Assembly: GCA_048013815.1 (NCBI GenBank)
Contig: CM106585.1
Coordinates: 4,030,001-4,094,000 of the forward strand
Reading direction: 5' to 3'
DNA length: 64,000 nt
DNA from: Setoptus koraiensis
Taxonomy: Eukaryota > Animalia > Arthropoda
Position numbers and translations under genes: made by a program. Shown here piece by piece: positions 60,516 to 64,000 of the stretch (within the stretch, counting starts at the first letter, position 1; each line of letters opens with the position of its first letter). The notes under the pieces were generated by a model that had not been told where the DNA came from, did no database searches, and saw nothing but the letters and a program-made list of their open reading frames with translations.

Positions 60516-63500
60516 TGTGTGTGTTAATTGGGTTGATTTGTTTGTTTTGGGCGAATGTGTTGCTGTTGGTAGATTGCACCTCGGTATTGACTACTCAATG
60601 TGTTGACTGTTGATTGTGTGTCGTGCTCGGTAAACAGTTCGGTGTCTGGATGACGAATGACAATTGACGACAGTTGAAAAGAAATGTTTGAGAGGAGATA
60701 TTTGAGAGGAGAGAGATAGATGGATGTTAGTCGAGTGACTGGACTGAAATGACTGGACGGTGATGGATATGATGATAGCTTTGATAGGGATCATTAGAGT
60801 ATTGGCAACTCACTCACACTGATATATTTGTGACTTTGAAAAGGGGCTCTTATATGACACTATTAGTTAAGAAGATTTCCTATTTGTCGCTGGCTGTCTC
60901 TGTTGTTGTTGTTGTTGTTGTTGTTGTTGTCTAACTGTAAAACTGTCGCACACGATTCAGACTGGCTGACAAACCGACTGCTGCTCAGGTGAGTAGGTGG
61001 TAGCCTAAAAGTTTGCCAGTGAGCGGCTATTGTTTTAGCAATGGACAAAACAATGATGTGACTGTTATAATTTGTTTGTGTAACCGACACTGCCAGATAC
61101 ACTGACACATGGGCGGGTTCACCTGTTGTTGTTGGCTAATTTTTGACTAAACTACAACTGCTGCTACCTAACAGTGCAAATATTTGCTGGCTTTCATATA
61201 TCTGACTGGTCGGTGCTGCTGTCAAACACTGACTGCTTACAGTGGCAGCAATATAATTGATTTGTTCATAGGAGTCACGAAGCATCAAGCATCACAAACT
61301 GGTTGCTGCAAGTGGGGCGCACAGTCGCTCCGAGGTGTATCTATGTCACTTACACAGGTATGCTGTTGGTGTCGCTGTTGTTGTTGCCGTTGTTGTTGTT
61401 GCCGCTGGATAGTTTACATACGGCCTAGTGATGCAATAGTTGCAATTGTTGTTGTGCTGTGTCGAAATATTGCATACATACATATATATATTATATTGTT
61501 TTCTTCTCTGCTTGCTGCTTGCTATACATAAGCTACAAGCTCGCAAGCGATAATTACCTGTATATCGGAGTGCATTGAACATGACGTTACGTCTTGGGCC
61601 AGCCCCCGAGCATCGGAGAGAGTTTTTACCTGCGACTCTGTCTCACACCGCCACTTTGCCTCCTTGTTTGTGTGTGTGTGTGTGTGCGTTTTGGAGAGAG
61701 AGAGAAGAAATTTACAAACAAGTGGCAGTTTATCTAGTTCATTTAGAAGAAGAAGAGAGCCTGCAATGTTGCGGGATTTTGTGTGTGGTGGCGCAGCAAA
61801 ATTTGCAAATATATCTCTACTTTCATATCGCCGTTGCCGTTGTTTGGCCACATTCGAAGCGGCGACACCATGTCAGACACCACACACAGTTACACAACAG
61901 CAACAACAATAATTATAATAGTCGCTGTTGTCACCATCATTACTCAAGCCAAGCAAGTAGCTCGAGAGGCCGAGCGATAGCTTCTTCTGACTGCAGCGGC
62001 ACAACAGCAACAACAGCCACAGCAACAACAACAACAACAACAACGACAACGACAACAACAACAACAACAACAACGACGACGACTAGCAAAAGCAGCGGCG
62101 AAAAACTGGTCACCTTTTTAGCCCCAGCAGCAGCTCTCCGAATTCTTCTTTGTTCGTTCGTTTGTTTGTTTGTCGCTGCTGGCGTTGTTGTCGTCGTCGT
62201 CGTTATTCAGTGCGACAGGTGAGCTAAACTGACAAGCTTGTCAGTTTCAGTCGTACACACACATACATGCAGCGAACACAGCGAACACAGTGACAGTTAC
62301 AGTTACTGGCCAGCGAACAGGCCAGTATTGATCGTTGAGCGAGATAAGCTAACTCAATGATCCAAAGAGACTGTACTACTCTACTATCATCAAGAGGGGT
62401 TCTCCGGCGAACACTTGTCTCGCCGGTGCCTTGCCTCGCCGGTGCCCTCCCTCACCTGTGCCACACTCACCTGTGTGCAACAGTGTCTCAACTTGAGTTA
62501 CCGTTACTCGTTCGTTGCGACGAAAACAGAGTTGCCAATAGTGGCAACAGCAACACTTGTTGCACACATGGTCACACACCATGGGAGAATCTATCCATCA
62601 TCATCATGTAAAATCATCATTGTTTGTATTCACCGTTACCGTTTTTGCAGTAGCGGCCTCCAGCGCACTGCCACCGCTTGCAAGCTACACAGCGGCCAAT
62701 CGCTACTCAACCAACTGACTTTATGTAAAGCTATTCACCTGGCCAGTGCTTTACATAGAGCTTTACATGGAGCTTTACATAAAATAAAGTTGAGCGCATT
62801 TTCTTGAAACGATTCTATACAAACATAAAGTGATATTGCCCAATGTTGAGCACTGCAACAATGATGACGGCAACAAGCCCACGATGCTGCTGCGGTGGAC
62901 AGTTACACAAAAACGTCGTTTAATATAGCAACATCTTGCCCACTCAGCTCACTACTGTCACTCTGACTGTCACTCTGTCTGCTCAGGTAATAGGCAAATT
63001 TTACCACCATTTGTCTGATACTAATGGACCAGTTGAAAAGAATTTTGCAGTTTACATATTACACACTGTTAGTAGTGGTAGTCGTGGTGGTGGTGGTGGT
63101 GGTGGTAGATGTAGCAAGCGCACTAACGGTAGTAGCAGGGCCAGCAAAGGCAGAAATAGAAGTGGACGCAAGTGGCAGAAGTAAAAGTAAAAGTAGCACT
63201 CATACAAGTAGTTGTAATGGTGGTCATATACAGCCGTCGTTGTTGTGCTCAACAACAACACATGCGAATTATTTTATTTGAGCATTTGAGCATCTGAGCA
63301 TTTTAGTATTTGAGTAAACACGGCCAGCTAGCCAGATTTGTGCCTCTAGTTGTTGTTGTTGTTGTTGCTGCTGCTGCTGCTGTTGTGAGCACCACCAATA
63401 AGGCAAATCTTCATTACTACCACTGAGGTATCTATGAGCGGTTGTTGACGCCACTGTTACGCTACTCTCAACTAGCTAACTGCAAGCAACCAGGCTAGCC

Positions 63501-64000
63501 AATGACCATGTTGTCGGTTACGTAATTGTCCTGGCTACCTGTCTAGTGAGACATTATAATAACAGTTTGTACAACATTGTAGGAGGCACAATCTATATAA
63601 AATTTCTTCTATTTCTTATCCTCTGTGCGCTGCGTTCGAAATACAAACAATGATTATGGACACAACAGGGCATAAGCCGTTGCAATAACTACATCATCAT
63701 TATTATTATATACATCATCATTATCGCCATAGTTCTTCGCTGGTGTTGCTCGACAAAAGTCATGTGTGCGGGATCAACAACAGTAAGCCAGTAATAATAG
63801 TAACAACAATGTGCAAACGCAAATAGTATCAAACCAAACCTCTCGCTCAAACCGATCACTTGTCTCGATCTATTATCAGGTAATAATATAACAGTAACTT
63901 GAACTCGAGTCACTTCAAGTCACTCACCAAAATACATGATGCTCGAGCAAACATTGTTGCATGCGGCCGCGGTCTACACAAATCATAATTTGAGTGACCT

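Noticed and set aside
61581-63281. Possible first exon (61581-62218, ending in a hydrophobic stretch and a GTGAG donor) and a signal-like ORF at 63024-63281
   Set aside because: The hydrophobic and Thr/Val runs derive from microsatellites, and no downstream conserved exon was found in the window; may deserve an RNA-seq check.

Overview
Eukaryotic (not prokaryotic) genomic DNA from an arthropod with compact, intron-poor genes; a mite, possibly eriophyoid, is my inference. Recognisable host genes: plexin A (2 coding exons), two glycerol kinase paralogues flanking an intronless HIF prolyl hydroxylase (EGLN/Hph), a kinase-less activin type II receptor (Punt/ACVR2-like) ectodomain, a neuroglian transmembrane fragment and a tiny tachykinin/natalisin-like neuropeptide precursor. 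The most striking feature is an uninterrupted 712-codon ORF (2968-5106, minus strand) encoding a jingmenvirus/flavivirus NS5-type RNA-dependent RNA polymerase. It sits next to plexin A, keeps all catalytic motifs, lacks the methyltransferase domain and carries a polybasic NLS-like insert, so it is a candidate co-opted endogenous viral element. 46.8-57.2 kb is a rearranged, AT-rich cluster of orphan secreted proteins (candidate effectors) with recent duplications; a degraded paralogue of one of them lies beside the viral ORF. About 14-33 kb is GC-rich, full of microsatellites and has no coding sequence I can support. All family assignments come from motif recognition by eye; no database search was run.
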